Both the position numbers and the translations under genes were made by a program. Positions 8,319 to 18,019 of a DNA stretch of 32,000 nt are shown piece by piece. The first letter of the stretch is position 1; every line of letters starts with the position of its first letter. The notes below the pieces were generated by a model. The model saw only the letters and a program-made list of their open reading frames with translations, was not told the origin of the DNA and ran no database searches. The stretch is from Raphidiopsis brookii D9 (GTDB taxonomy: Bacteria > Cyanobacteriota > Cyanobacteriia > Cyanobacteriales > Nostocaceae): contig ACYB01000042.1 in the NCBI GenBank assembly GCA_000175855.1, positions 90,001-122,000 on the forward strand, written 5' to 3'.

Positions 8319-9451
8319 TCATGCTTTAAATAGATTACCTAAGAAACCTTCCAAACCACCCTTACCGGTGCGGTCTCCTTTAATCTTAGCCAATTTTTCC
8401 AGTAGTTCTCGTTCCTCGAGAGTGACCTTGGTAGGAATATCAATTAACACTGTCAGCAGATGATCCCCTCGACTTACCGCATTACCCAACCGAGGTACTC
8501 CCCGATTTTCCAGTTTTATCACTGTGTTGGGTTGAGTCCCAGGGGGGATAGTTAACTCCACCGGACCATCCACAGTATTCACATCTATTCGACAACCCAA
8601 AATTGCTTGTAGGTAGCTAATTTTCAACTCCGAAAGAATGTTAATTCCATCCCGTTGAAATTCCTCATCATCATTAACAAACAGATAAACATATAAGTCC
8701 CCTGCTGGACCACCCCGCTGACCAGAATCTCCTTCTTGGGAAATGCGCAGACGGGTTCCGTTATCTACACCTGGGGGAATTGTCACTTTCAGCTTCTTAG
8801 TTACCTGCTTCATTCCCTTACCATCACAGGACTCACACTTATCTTCTATAACTGAGCCTGTTCCATTACAGGTAGGACAAGTAGAAACTTGGGTAAAACT
8901 GCCAAAGGGTGTCCTAGTTACGCGGCGCACCTGACCAGATCCGCTACACGTACTACAGGTGCGGGGACGGGTTCCTGGTTTAGCTCCTGTTCCACTACAC
9001 ACCTCACAGGTTTCCTGATGGGCAATACGAATTTCCTTTTCTCCACCAAATACTGCTTCCCGGAATTCTAACTTCAGGTCTAATCGGAGATCGTCACCAC
9101 GAACCGGTCCACCCCGTCGCCTTTGCTGTTGAGTAGGTCCCCCCACTTCCCCCAGCAAAACCAACTAAAAATGCTTTCAAATATGTCAGCAAACCCTCCA
9201 GCATCCCCCATGTCCTGGAATCCAGCAGCACCCGATACTCCAGCCTCCCCAAATCGGTTATAGCGCTCTCGCGTTTCTGCTTCTGATAGCACTTCATAAG
9301 CACGGTTAATCTCTTTGAACTTTTCTTCCGCCCCCGGTTCTTTATTCACATCTGGGTGATACTTCCGGGCTTGACGGCGATAAGCTTGTTTAATTTGTTC
9401 TTTGTCGGCATCACGGGAGACACCTAGGATTTCATAATAGTCGCGGGCCAT
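8319..9451 (-). pseudogene. dnaJ: Molecular chaperone DnaJ, reading frame broken as written (two apparent +1 insertions in the G/F region)
   Basis: J-domain ORF 9080..9451 ([12 protein letters not shown]...HPD). Zn-finger/C-terminal ORF 8319..9164 (CxxCxGxG repeats). The bridging GFAGGSGG is encoded in the third frame between 9162 and 9142. Confidence 0.9.
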
Positions 9452-9615
9452 ATACTACGGTTAAGAGTAAGAACTAAGAGAGCAGAATTGGAATTCAGAG
9501 TGTAACAAACACAGAAAATAGTTAATTTTTGTTAGTGAACTTATTACACCCTAACCATAACCTATAATCGGTGTTTCACGAGAGTTATTGACAGGTGCAA
9601 CATTGAACCCTTCAT

Positions 9616-9643
9616 ATTATAATTGTGCTACCTACCGTGACAA
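9616..9643 (-). promoter_or_regulatory. Sigma70-type promoter candidate for dnaJ (TTGTCA-16 nt-TATAAT on the minus strand)
   Basis: Minus-strand TTGTCA at 9643-9638, a 16-nt spacer, then TATAAT at 9621-9616, about 165 nt upstream of the dnaJ ATG. Confidence 0.4.
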
Positions 9644-9715
9644 AAGCCAGCCCACCTCTTAGAGGAAGTAACCGTACCAGTAAGTGTGGAAATCCGTCAC
9701 CTGTTCCCGAACTCA

Positions 9716-9749
9716 TCAACCCGGAGATTACCACTTATCTCCGGGTTGA
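9716..9749 (-). terminator. Strong stem-loop 4 nt downstream of the corrected grpE stop (terminator or processing structure; no U-tract)
   Basis: Perfect 13-bp stem TCAACCCGGAGAT / ATCTCCGGGTTGA with an 8-nt loop. Confidence 0.45.
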
Positions 9750-9753
9750 CTTA

Positions 9754-10424
9754 CTATATCTGATCCTGGTCTGACTGGTCTTTTTCTTCCGTGGATGTAT
9801 CTTCTATGGCAGCAGCTACCTTCACCATGGCATGACGCAACACGCGATCGCCTAAAAATAGCCACGAACCAACTCTTCTAAAACCGTTCCTTCCGGATGT
9901 TCGCTGGTCTGTTCTCGCATAACTGCTTCATGGAGATTTGGGTCAAATTCCTGACCTTCAGGACGCATGGGTGACACTCCCATTTTCTTCAGGGAATCTA
10001 CTAACTGTTTATAAACTCCCTGATAACTCTTATGGATTGTCATTTCGCCATCATCTTGTGGTTTCAGGTGTGCCCTTGCTCGTTCAAAGTTATCCACCAC
10101 AGGTAACAACTCCATAATTGTGTTTCTTTTCACCTGTGTTTCTGTGTCTTCTTTTTCTTTGGAGACCCGTCTACGATAGTTGTCAAAATCTGCTGCAATT
10201 CTCATGTACTGAGAATTACGCTCCTCAAGTTGGGCTTTTAGAGACTGATTTTGTTGAGTCAGTTGAGTAATTAGATCCCTGTCTACTACTTCTTCCACTG
10301 CAGCGACACCATTTTCCTCGCCGACGGTAGATTGTTCCGACAAATTGGCATCCGGAGGTTGATGGTCACTCACGGTGCTGTCAGATTCTTGAGAATTGAT
10401 CCCGGTTGGGTAGTCGCTTGTCAT
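9754..10424 (-). pseudogene. grpE: Nucleotide exchange factor GrpE, frame broken near the 3' end as written (1-nt shortfall in a homopolymer)
   Basis: ORF 9852..10424 ends ...EELVRGYF*. The conserved continuation [16 protein letters not shown]... is open in the adjacent frame down to the stop at 9754-9756. The break is at the A5 run at 9854-9858. Confidence 0.88.
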
Positions 10425-10764
10425 TGCTTAACCTCTATTGGTTCTTCCAATCACTAACTAATATGGTTTACTTATTTACCTAAAAATTGGACAAAAACTT
10501 CAGGTCACGGCGACACGATGATTTTGCCCGTTTTGACTATTTGTATATTTTGCGGGAGGAGCTTGTTCAACAACCACCACTTGGACATTATACAATTGCT
10601 GTTTAGATATGGCAAGTGTTTTAAACAAGGGTAGAGTATTTGAAGGATAAATAGATGTAAAAACTACACTGTTATAAGTGCAGTATATAATGTTTCTAAT
10701 GTAGGATCCTTTGTTTCGGTAAAAAAGCTAAACATAGTAGAAACATAACTTAATATATATTGCT

Positions 10765-12769
10765 ATGAGTTACTCAGTTAAAAAACATTTAGATAAGACT
10801 AGTGCTAGTCAAACTAAAACTCTTCCCGTAATCAACAGATTAGTAAACAAACTAGTTAAGTCTGGTCATATTCCTAAGGAACAGATGAAACTAGTTGTGA
10901 TGGAAAGTCTTGAATCTGAGATAGCCAGGGGTGAGTTAGATCCCCAGTTAATCAGAGAATGCAAAAAACAGCATTTATTTGAATTAAAAATACTATATGG
11001 GGTAGAATATATAGACCCGGAAGTCAATCAAATGAACTGGAATATTATCAGAGAATTGACCGAGAGTTTAATACCAATAGATATTTGTCGTAGTTATGGA
11101 TTATTACCATTAGGAAAGGAAGAAAATCAGAATCCACCCCAGGTGTTAGTAGGAATGGTTGAGCCAGATAATTTAGCGGCGTGTGATTATCTTAATAGGA
11201 TATTACAACCACCAAACTGGCAATTTAAACGTCTAGTAATTGCCGCAGAAGATTACGAAGCATTAATTAATCAATACACAGATGAAGTAATCAAAGAAGC
11301 AAGAGAAAAAGAGCAAACTCAATTTACGGATATTAGCCAAGATCTAGAAAATTTAAGTCTTGAGGTTATGGAGCAGAGACTAGAAGAAGGAGATCTAGAT
11401 TTGACAGTAGCCATGAAAGAAGCTCAGGATGAGCCGATTATTAATCTTGTGAATAAAATTCTCTTTTTAGCTCTGCGAGATGGTGCTTCTGATATTCACG
11501 TTGAACCGCAGGAAGAATATTTGCGAATTAGGTTTCGCAATGATGGAGTACTGCGGGAGTCGGAATCTATTCCCCCCATTCCCAAACATATTATTCCTGC
11601 AGTTACCGCACGAATTAAAATTATCTCAAATCTAGATATTGCCGAAAAGAGATTGCCCCAAGATGGCAGAATTTGCAGAGTATTTGATGGTAGAAAGGTA
11701 GATATGCGAGTCAGCACCTTACCGAACCGCTACGGAGAAAAAATCTGTCTGAGGATTTTAAACAATTCCTCCACTAAATTACCCCTAGATCAAATAATTA
11801 CTGATCCCTATACTTTGCAGGTATTTAAAAATATTATTCATAAACCCCTAGGTTTAATTTTAGTCACAGGTCCAACCGGTTCTGGAAAAACTACCTCCTT
11901 ATATTCTGCTCTAGCAGAATTAAATGATCCGGGAATTAATATTAGTACAGTTGAAGATCCCGTAGAATACACTTTACCGGGACTGACTCAAGTGCAGGTA
12001 ATCAGAGAAAAGGGATTAGACTTTACCACAGTTGTGCGAGCTTTTCTGCGACAAGACCCAGATGTGTTATTGGTGGGAGAAACACGAGATGGGGAAACTG
12101 CGAAAACCGCAATTGAAGCAGCGCTAACTGGACATCTAGTATTCACTACCTTGCATACTATAGATGCTGCAGGAGCGATCGCCCGCTTGCTAGAGATGGG
12201 TATTGAACCATTTATGATTTCTAGTTCTCTAATTGGTGTATTAGCCCAGAGGTTAGTGCGTAGACTGTGTTTCACATGTCGAATTCCCTATACTCCTACA
12301 GTTCAAGAACTAGGGAGATATGGTTTATCCCTAGCGCAAGAAGGTAATGTGATTTTTTACAAAGCTAATACCATATCATCAGAACTCATAGGAAAAAGCC
12401 CAAATAAAATCAAAGTTTGTCCTAACTGTTATGGTACTGGCTACAAAGGGCGTTGTGGAGTGTATGAAGTTATGACAATTACGCAAAAACTACAAAACTT
12501 AATTAGTCAAGAAGCTGACACAGCCAAAATTAAAAGAAGCAGCTTTAGAAGAGGGAATGATAACCCTATTGGGTTATAGTCTCAATCTAGTTCGTCAAGG
12601 TATAACGACATTAGAAGAAGTGGAGCGGGTGGTATATACAGATAAGGAACTGATAAGGGAATTAAAAGTCTCACGACAGAAGAGTCTCACATGTCAATGT
12701 TGTGATGCTACTCTAAAACCAGAGTGGTTAGATTGTCCTTATTGTTTGACCCCTAGATTAATTGATTGA
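10765..12769 (+). pseudogene. pilB: Type IV pilus assembly ATPase PilB (GspE family), frame broken as written by 1 extra nt
   Basis: T2SSE N-domain, Walker A GPTGSGKTT, and tetracysteine CFTC...CPNC. ORF 10765..12579 is continued by ORF 12557..12769 (MITLLGYSLNLVRQGITTLEEVERV). The break is at the A4 run at 12532-12535. Confidence 0.9.
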
Positions 12770-12786
12770 GAGGTCTGCTATTATAT

Positions 12787-13863
12787 ATGGAATACACAAT
12801 TCAAGAACTGCTGCAAAATTTAGTAGCTATGGGTGGTTCAGACCTGCATCTATCTGCAGGTTTAAGACCCTATTTTCGCCTTGGTGGAAAACTCAGTCCT
12901 ATAGGTAATGAGATATTAACACCAAATCAATGTGAAAGACTGATTTTTAGTATGTTGAATAGTGACCAGCTTCACAGGTTAGAAAAAACCTGGGAGTTAG
13001 ATTGTTCTTATGAAATAAAAGCTCTAGCACGGTTTCGAGTTAACGTCTATAAAGAAAGGGGAAATTATGCAGCTTGTTTACGAGTTTTAAGTTACAAAAT
13101 TCCCAATTTTGAAGAGTTAGGTTTACCCAAGATTATTCGAGAAATAGCAGAAAAACCCAGAGGACTAGTTCTTGTTACAGGTCCTACCGGTTCTGGTAAA
13201 ACCACTACCCTAGCTGCAATGATTGATTTAATCAACCAAAATCGAGCCGAACATATTCTAACCATAGAAGACCCAATAGAATTTGTGCATGAGCCAATTA
13301 AAAGTTTAATCCACCAACGGCAATTAGGTGAAGATACACGGAGTTTTGCCAATGCCTTAAAAGCAGCTTTACGGGAAGATCCAGATATTATTCTCGTGGG
13401 GGAAATGCGAGACCTAGAAACGATTTCTTTAGCTATTTCCGCTGCGGAAACAGGTCATTTAGTCTTAGCCACATTACATACTAATTCAGCAGCACAGACC
13501 ATTGATAGAATCATTGATGTTTTTCCAGCGGAACGACAAATGCAAATTAGAGTACAATTATCTAACTCCCTATTGGCAGTTTTCAGTCAAATTCTAGTCC
13601 CTAAAAAAACCGTTAAACCAGGTGAATCTAGTCGGGTGATGGCACAAGAAATTATGATAGTTACTCCAGCAATTGCTAACTTAATAAGGGAAGGAAAAAT
13701 AGCCCAGATATATTCCTTTATTCAAACAGGAGGTAAATGGGGAATGCAAACCTTAGAAAAAGCCTTGTGCGAGCTATTTAAAGCTGGTCTTATTTCTCAA
13801 GAACTAGCACTTTCTAAGACCTCTAGACCGGATGAAGTGCAACGGTTAATTGGTATTTTGTAA
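12787..13863 (+). CDS. pilT: Type IV pilus twitching-motility (retraction) ATPase PilT
   Basis: MEYTIQELL.., GGSDLHL, Walker A GPTGSGKTTT, LVGEMRD, TGHLVLATLHTNSAAQTIDRI. The start is set at the ATG at 12787. Confidence 0.92.
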   Translation: MEYTIQELLQNLVAMGGSDLHLSAGLRPYFRLGGKLSPIGNEILTPNQCERLIFSMLNSDQLHRLEKTWELDCSYEIKALARFRVNVYKERGNYAACLRVLSYKIPNFEELGLPKIIREIAEKPRGLVLVTGPTGSGKTTTLAAMIDLINQNRAEHILTIEDPIEFVHEPIKSLIHQRQLGEDTRSFANALKAALREDPDIILVGEMRDLETISLAISAAETGHLVLATLHTNSAAQTIDRIIDVFPAERQMQIRVQLSNSLLAVFSQILVPKKTVKPGESSRVMAQEIMIVTPAIANLIREGKIAQIYSFIQTGGKWGMQTLEKALCELFKAGLISQELALSKTSRPDEVQRLIGIL

Positions 13864-13891
13864 TTACTAAAAATCACCTATCTAGAAAACT

Positions 13892-15151
13892 ATGGATATT
13901 TACATTGCTGTTGTCCAAAACTCTCAAGGTAAAACCCAAACCCAGAAATTAATGGCTAATTCCCTAACTGAAGCACAAAATAAACTCCGCAGTCAGGGAC
14001 TAATGGTGAAATCTCTCAGTAAACACTCAAAACCATCCCTAAAAAAATCTCATAGGTTAACATCACATTTCTATTGGCAAAATTTACAGGACTATTTCTC
14101 CCATTATTTAGTGAGGGTAACCATCCAAGATAAGGCAATTTTTTCCCGGCAATTTGCCACCTTAGTTAATTCAGGTGTGACAATCATAAAATCTCTGGAT
14201 ATTATTTCTCCACAGTGTCCTAACCCCAAATTGAAAAAAGCCCTAAATCAAATATCTACCGATATTAAAACAGGAATAAATCTTTCTGATTCCATGAAAA
14301 AGCACCCCGATTGTTTCGATGCTTTATATATTACTATGGTGCAAGCTGGAGAAGTAGGAGGAGTGCTTGATGATGTTTTACATCGGTTGGCCAAATTATT
14401 AGAAGACCTGGCTAAACTACAAAATCAAATTAAATCTGCTCTCTCCTATCCTATATTCGTAGGTTGTTTCGCCATAGCTATTGCTTTGGGAATGACAATT
14501 TTTATCATCCCCATTTTTGCTAATGTTTTTAAAAACATGGGAGTAGAATTACCGATAATCACAAAAATTTTAATCAGTTTTAGTCAAACTTTAAATAGCT
14601 GGGGTTTTCTGGTAATAATTACACTAATAATTATGGGATTATTTACTATTAAACAATATTATAAAACCAATGGGGGCAAACTAAAGATTGATTGGCTATT
14701 TTTAAAAATTCCCCTACTGGGAAAATTAATGCAAAAGTCTTTTGTGGCTAGATTCAGTAGAACCTTTGCCTCCTTGATTCGTTCTGGAGTACCCATGATC
14801 ACCAGTTTAGCAATAGTCAAAAATACATCAGGAAATCAGGTCATTGCTAATGCTATCGATTATGCCAGGAAAGACCTAGAAAAAGGAGGGATGCTCAGTC
14901 AATCTCTGAATAAAAGCAGGGCGTTTCCACAAATGGCAATTCAAATGATCATAATTGGCGAAGAAACCGGGGAACTAGATGAAATGCTCATGAAAATTGC
15001 AGATTTTTATGAGCATGAAGTGGAACAAACTATCAAATCAATTCTCAGTATATTGGAACCAATCATGATTGTACTCTTGGGAGGGATAGTAGCGACAATT
15101 TTACTGGCCATGTACTTGCCAATGTTTAGAATGTTTGAAAACATAGGATAG
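13892..15151 (+). CDS. pilC: Type IV pilus platform protein PilC (GspF family)
   Basis: Two T2SSF repeats (..MVQAGEVGGVLDDVL.. and ..IIGEETGELDEML..), three TM segments, directly downstream of pilB-pilT. Confidence 0.9.
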   Translation: MDIYIAVVQNSQGKTQTQKLMANSLTEAQNKLRSQGLMVKSLSKHSKPSLKKSHRLTSHFYWQNLQDYFSHYLVRVTIQDKAIFSRQFATLVNSGVTIIKSLDIISPQCPNPKLKKALNQISTDIKTGINLSDSMKKHPDCFDALYITMVQAGEVGGVLDDVLHRLAKLLEDLAKLQNQIKSALSYPIFVGCFAIAIALGMTIFIIPIFANVFKNMGVELPIITKILISFSQTLNSWGFLVIITLIIMGLFTIKQYYKTNGGKLKIDWLFLKIPLLGKLMQKSFVARFSRTFASLIRSGVPMITSLAIVKNTSGNQVIANAIDYARKDLEKGGMLSQSLNKSRAFPQMAIQMIIIGEETGELDEMLMKIADFYEHEVEQTIKSILSILEPIMIVLLGGIVATILLAMYLPMFRMFENIG

Positions 15152-15180
15152 CTACTAATCCATCTCCCCACTTCCACTGT

Positions 15181-16226
15181 CTAACGAACAAATTGAGGCA
15201 TAACTTCTGCTGCGGTAAACAAACCGTAAATACCTTTCTTGTGGAATTGATAACCTGCTTTCAAATAACCAAAAGCAGGTCCACATACATTAGCTGCCAT
15301 ACTAGTCTCATCCCCTAATGTAAAGGTATGAGTAGAAATTCTGCCTTCAAAAGTGCGTCCAGTAATTTTGACATTAGTGCTAAGGGGCTTTTTCGGGTTA
15401 CGAGTATCAACTACACCACCCACTGTCACCCTATCCCGTGGACATATACCGGCAATTTCTAGCATTACATCATCAGCATGTTCCATATTTTCCAGGGTCA
15501 GCACTCCATTAGTTTTATCTAATAGTGCTTCTACTTCCTCATCGGTCATTGCTCTGGCAATTTCTACGTTGTAACCGGGTATATGTGCAATATCTTCCCT
15601 AATAGTAGCACGATAAGCTTCCCAATTGGCAATACCTACACCAAAGGTAATTTCTACCTTATGAATTTCAGCATAGCTTTGAGCTGCTAAAGCAGCAGCA
15701 GCAGTTAAAAGTCCAGGAGTTGCTCCACAACCGGTCATATAGGTAATTTGCGCCATCTCCAGTTCTTTTTTCATGGCAAGAAGCTCCTCTACTGCACTGG
15801 TGCGTTTAATAGCATCCACCAGCACACCTTGCCAACCAGCAGTGATAAATTGCTGGGTAACTTTGGGGATAAAGTCATTAGGAAGGTTAGGTAAAGCCAA
15901 AAATAGGCATCCACCCCTGGAGCATTAGCAATTAAATCTTGAATGCTGTGATTACTTAAATTACCATGGGACTGCAAGTAACCAACCGATCCCCGGTCTT
16001 GATAAGTGGTAATGGCGATATTTGTCTTTAAACCAACTGGTGAGTAAGCGTAGCCTTTTTGATCTGCAACTGCTACTAGAAGCATTTCCCGTTTTCCAGA
16101 CAGAACTTTAGCTGCTGCTTGTCCGAGTCCGCCAAAGCCCAATACTCCAATGCGAAGAGGTTGACTAGTGATTTCTGTATTCATTGTGGTTTTTGTGTCT
16201 TGGGTCATGGTTAACTTATGCTTCAT
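15181..16226 (-). pseudogene. Saccharopine dehydrogenase-like NAD(P)-binding oxidoreductase, frame broken as written (1-nt shortfall in a homopolymer)
   Basis: The N-terminal ORF 15789..16226 carries the Rossmann motif RIGVLGFGGLGQ. The C-terminal ORF 15181..15900 begins (L)[13 protein letters not shown]. They join at the A5 run at 15899-15903. The true start is probably an internal ATG (16208 or 16184). Confidence 0.75.
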
Positions 16227-16658
16227 TTTACCCGCAGTTTGATTTCTATCCCCCTGTTATTCATAAATATTTTTCCGGAATTTCTCCGGAGATGTCTTTT
16301 TAATTGTTGTAACTCTGCCTAGTAAGTTATCGTAAAGTGTCAACAATCACCACACCTTTAAGATGGGTGATTCTACGGCAGATAATTAGTACATATCTAC
16401 CAATTGAAGATCCATGCGCAATTACCATCCCTGTCCTAAAAACCCTTTGACAATTCATACCAGTAATGGACAAATCAAAAATTCCAGTCTGTGTGACTTT
16501 TGCTGGAATGAATACTGTTTTTGCTGGTCAAATTACTGCATAGATGAGTGGCTTGAATTACAAAATAAGTATATGCAGCAGCGGTTACAACAAAAAACAT
16601 CAAATATAAAAACGTAAAAGGTACAAACTTTCAAATAAGTCAATTTTTATTAATTTAT

Positions 16659-16689
16659 CTTGTCAAGTTTACTTATATAACTTGACAAG
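16659..16689. promoter_or_regulatory. Perfect 11-bp inverted repeat CTTGTCAAGTT-N9-AACTTGACAAG (operator or terminator candidate) about 75 nt upstream of the PAS-Crp gene
   Basis: Read directly. The right arm contains TTGACA. It is followed by TAATTTTCAG on the plus strand. Confidence 0.4.
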
Positions 16690-16762
16690 TAATTTTCAGT
16701 GTTTGTAAAGGCAAAATAATGAATTTACGGCAGATATATTATAAGAAAACAGGAGTGATTAA

Positions 16763-17926
16763 GTGAATATAGAAGGATTATTTCAGCGAACTGGAGTGAT
16801 GCGGCAACATTTATTAAATTTATATCAAACTACTATAGCTTTACCATGGATCTCCTCTGATTTATTACCGCAAGCCTTTAAAGAGCTACATACCACATTG
16901 AAAATGCTGCTTGCAGCTATAGATGAACTTCATCAACAAAATGAAGAATTTGTGCAAACTCGTAATTTAGCAGAAGTAGAACGTCAACACTATCAGGAAT
17001 TATTTGAGTATTTACCAGTAGGTTATTTACGCACTAACCTCCAGGGAATAATTGAAGATGCTAACCAAGAAGTAGGCAGATTATTGAATATTAATCAAAA
17101 ATTTCTAGTTGGTAAACCCCTGATTAGTTTTGTTGTTCAGGAATGCCAACAGTATTTTTGTCGTGAACTTCTTGAATTATCTAAGTCCGATCAAGTTACA
17201 CAATTATTTGTAGTTTTTAAACCTCGCTATATTAGTTCTTTTAATGCCTCTTTAATGGTTAGATCTTGCTTGAATTTACACAGCAATCAAAGCAATTTAT
17301 ACTGGCTAATTCAAAAATCATCTACATCAATAACTGTGGACATGCCAGCAATTGATGTGCACCAACAAATATTACAAGATCGCCAAATACATAAGTATTC
17401 TAAGGGGGATAATATTCCCTTGGATAATACATTCTTTGCCTATGTTGTGCAGGGTTTGGTGAAACTGAGTACATTAAGTCAAACAGGTACAGAAATTCTG
17501 ATAGGTTTGGCAACCTCTGGAATGGTTTTTGGTTCTACTATGACCAATCTACCGCTTTACGAATCTACCGCTATTTCTGATGTTGAGCTAGTCCTAATTT
17601 ATGTATCGGAAATGCGAGCTATTCCTAATTTGAATCAAATGCTATTACCAAAAATTAAACAGCGATTACAACAAGCAGAGTCTTTTTTATTTATCATTAG
17701 TCATTATAATGTGGAAGATAGATTAAGCAGTTTATTAGAAATGTTAAAATTGGAACTTGGCGAACCGGTAGTAGAAGGAACAAGGTTACTTTTTCGTCTG
17801 ACTCACGAGGATATTGCCTCTGCTTGTAATTCTACGAGAGTAACAATTACTCGCTTACTTAATAAACTGCAGAAACAGGGTAGAATAAAGTACGATGATA
17901 GGAAGCATATTATAATTTGCAATTAA
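16763..17926 (+). CDS. PAS-domain / Crp-Fnr-family transcriptional regulator (coiled coil + PAS + cNMP-binding-like barrel + Crp-type HTH)
   Basis: GTG start 7 nt after AGGAG. PAS-like core YQELFEYLPVGYLRTNLQGIIEDANQEVGRLLN. C-terminal HTH LTHEDIASACNSTRVTITRLLNKLQKQGRI. Confidence 0.8.
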   Translation: MNIEGLFQRTGVMRQHLLNLYQTTIALPWISSDLLPQAFKELHTTLKMLLAAIDELHQQNEEFVQTRNLAEVERQHYQELFEYLPVGYLRTNLQGIIEDANQEVGRLLNINQKFLVGKPLISFVVQECQQYFCRELLELSKSDQVTQLFVVFKPRYISSFNASLMVRSCLNLHSNQSNLYWLIQKSSTSITVDMPAIDVHQQILQDRQIHKYSKGDNIPLDNTFFAYVVQGLVKLSTLSQTGTEILIGLATSGMVFGSTMTNLPLYESTAISDVELVLIYVSEMRAIPNLNQMLLPKIKQRLQQAESFLFIISHYNVEDRLSSLLEMLKLELGEPVVEGTRLLFRLTHEDIASACNSTRVTITRLLNKLQKQGRIKYDDRKHIIICN

Positions 17927-18019
17927 GTATAAGAATATTATGGTAGGTATGACAACCTGTCTGTTGACAGTTTTTTGACTGGGACTAGAGAATACCCACA
18001 CTAGGTGTCAGTTAAAAAT

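Noticed and set aside
9588-9623. Plus-strand TTGACA (9588-9593) and TATAAT (9618-9623) as a promoter for an antisense or sRNA transcript ending at the 9716-9749 hairpin
   Set aside because: The spacer between the hexamers is 24 nt, far from the functional 16-18 nt. The hairpin is better explained as the grpE 3' structure.
9452-9753. A degraded dnaK remnant between grpE and dnaJ
   Set aside because: Translating all minus-strand frames gives only short ORFs with nothing resembling DnaK motifs (e.g. IGIDLGTTNS). 300 nt is too short for a recent deletion scar to be recognisable.
16373-16733. An 11-nt direct repeat TACGGCAGATA (16373 and 16723) flanking the small-ORF region, as possible target-site duplication or MITE ends
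   Set aside because: An 11-mer recurring within a few hundred bp is within chance expectation for a 32-kb window. There are no associated terminal inverted repeats and no transposase.
17927-18019. A cobalamin or other riboswitch upstream of the TonB-dependent receptor
   Set aside because: The gap is only 93 nt, too short for a cobalamin riboswitch aptamer plus expression platform, and no B12-box-like sequence was seen.
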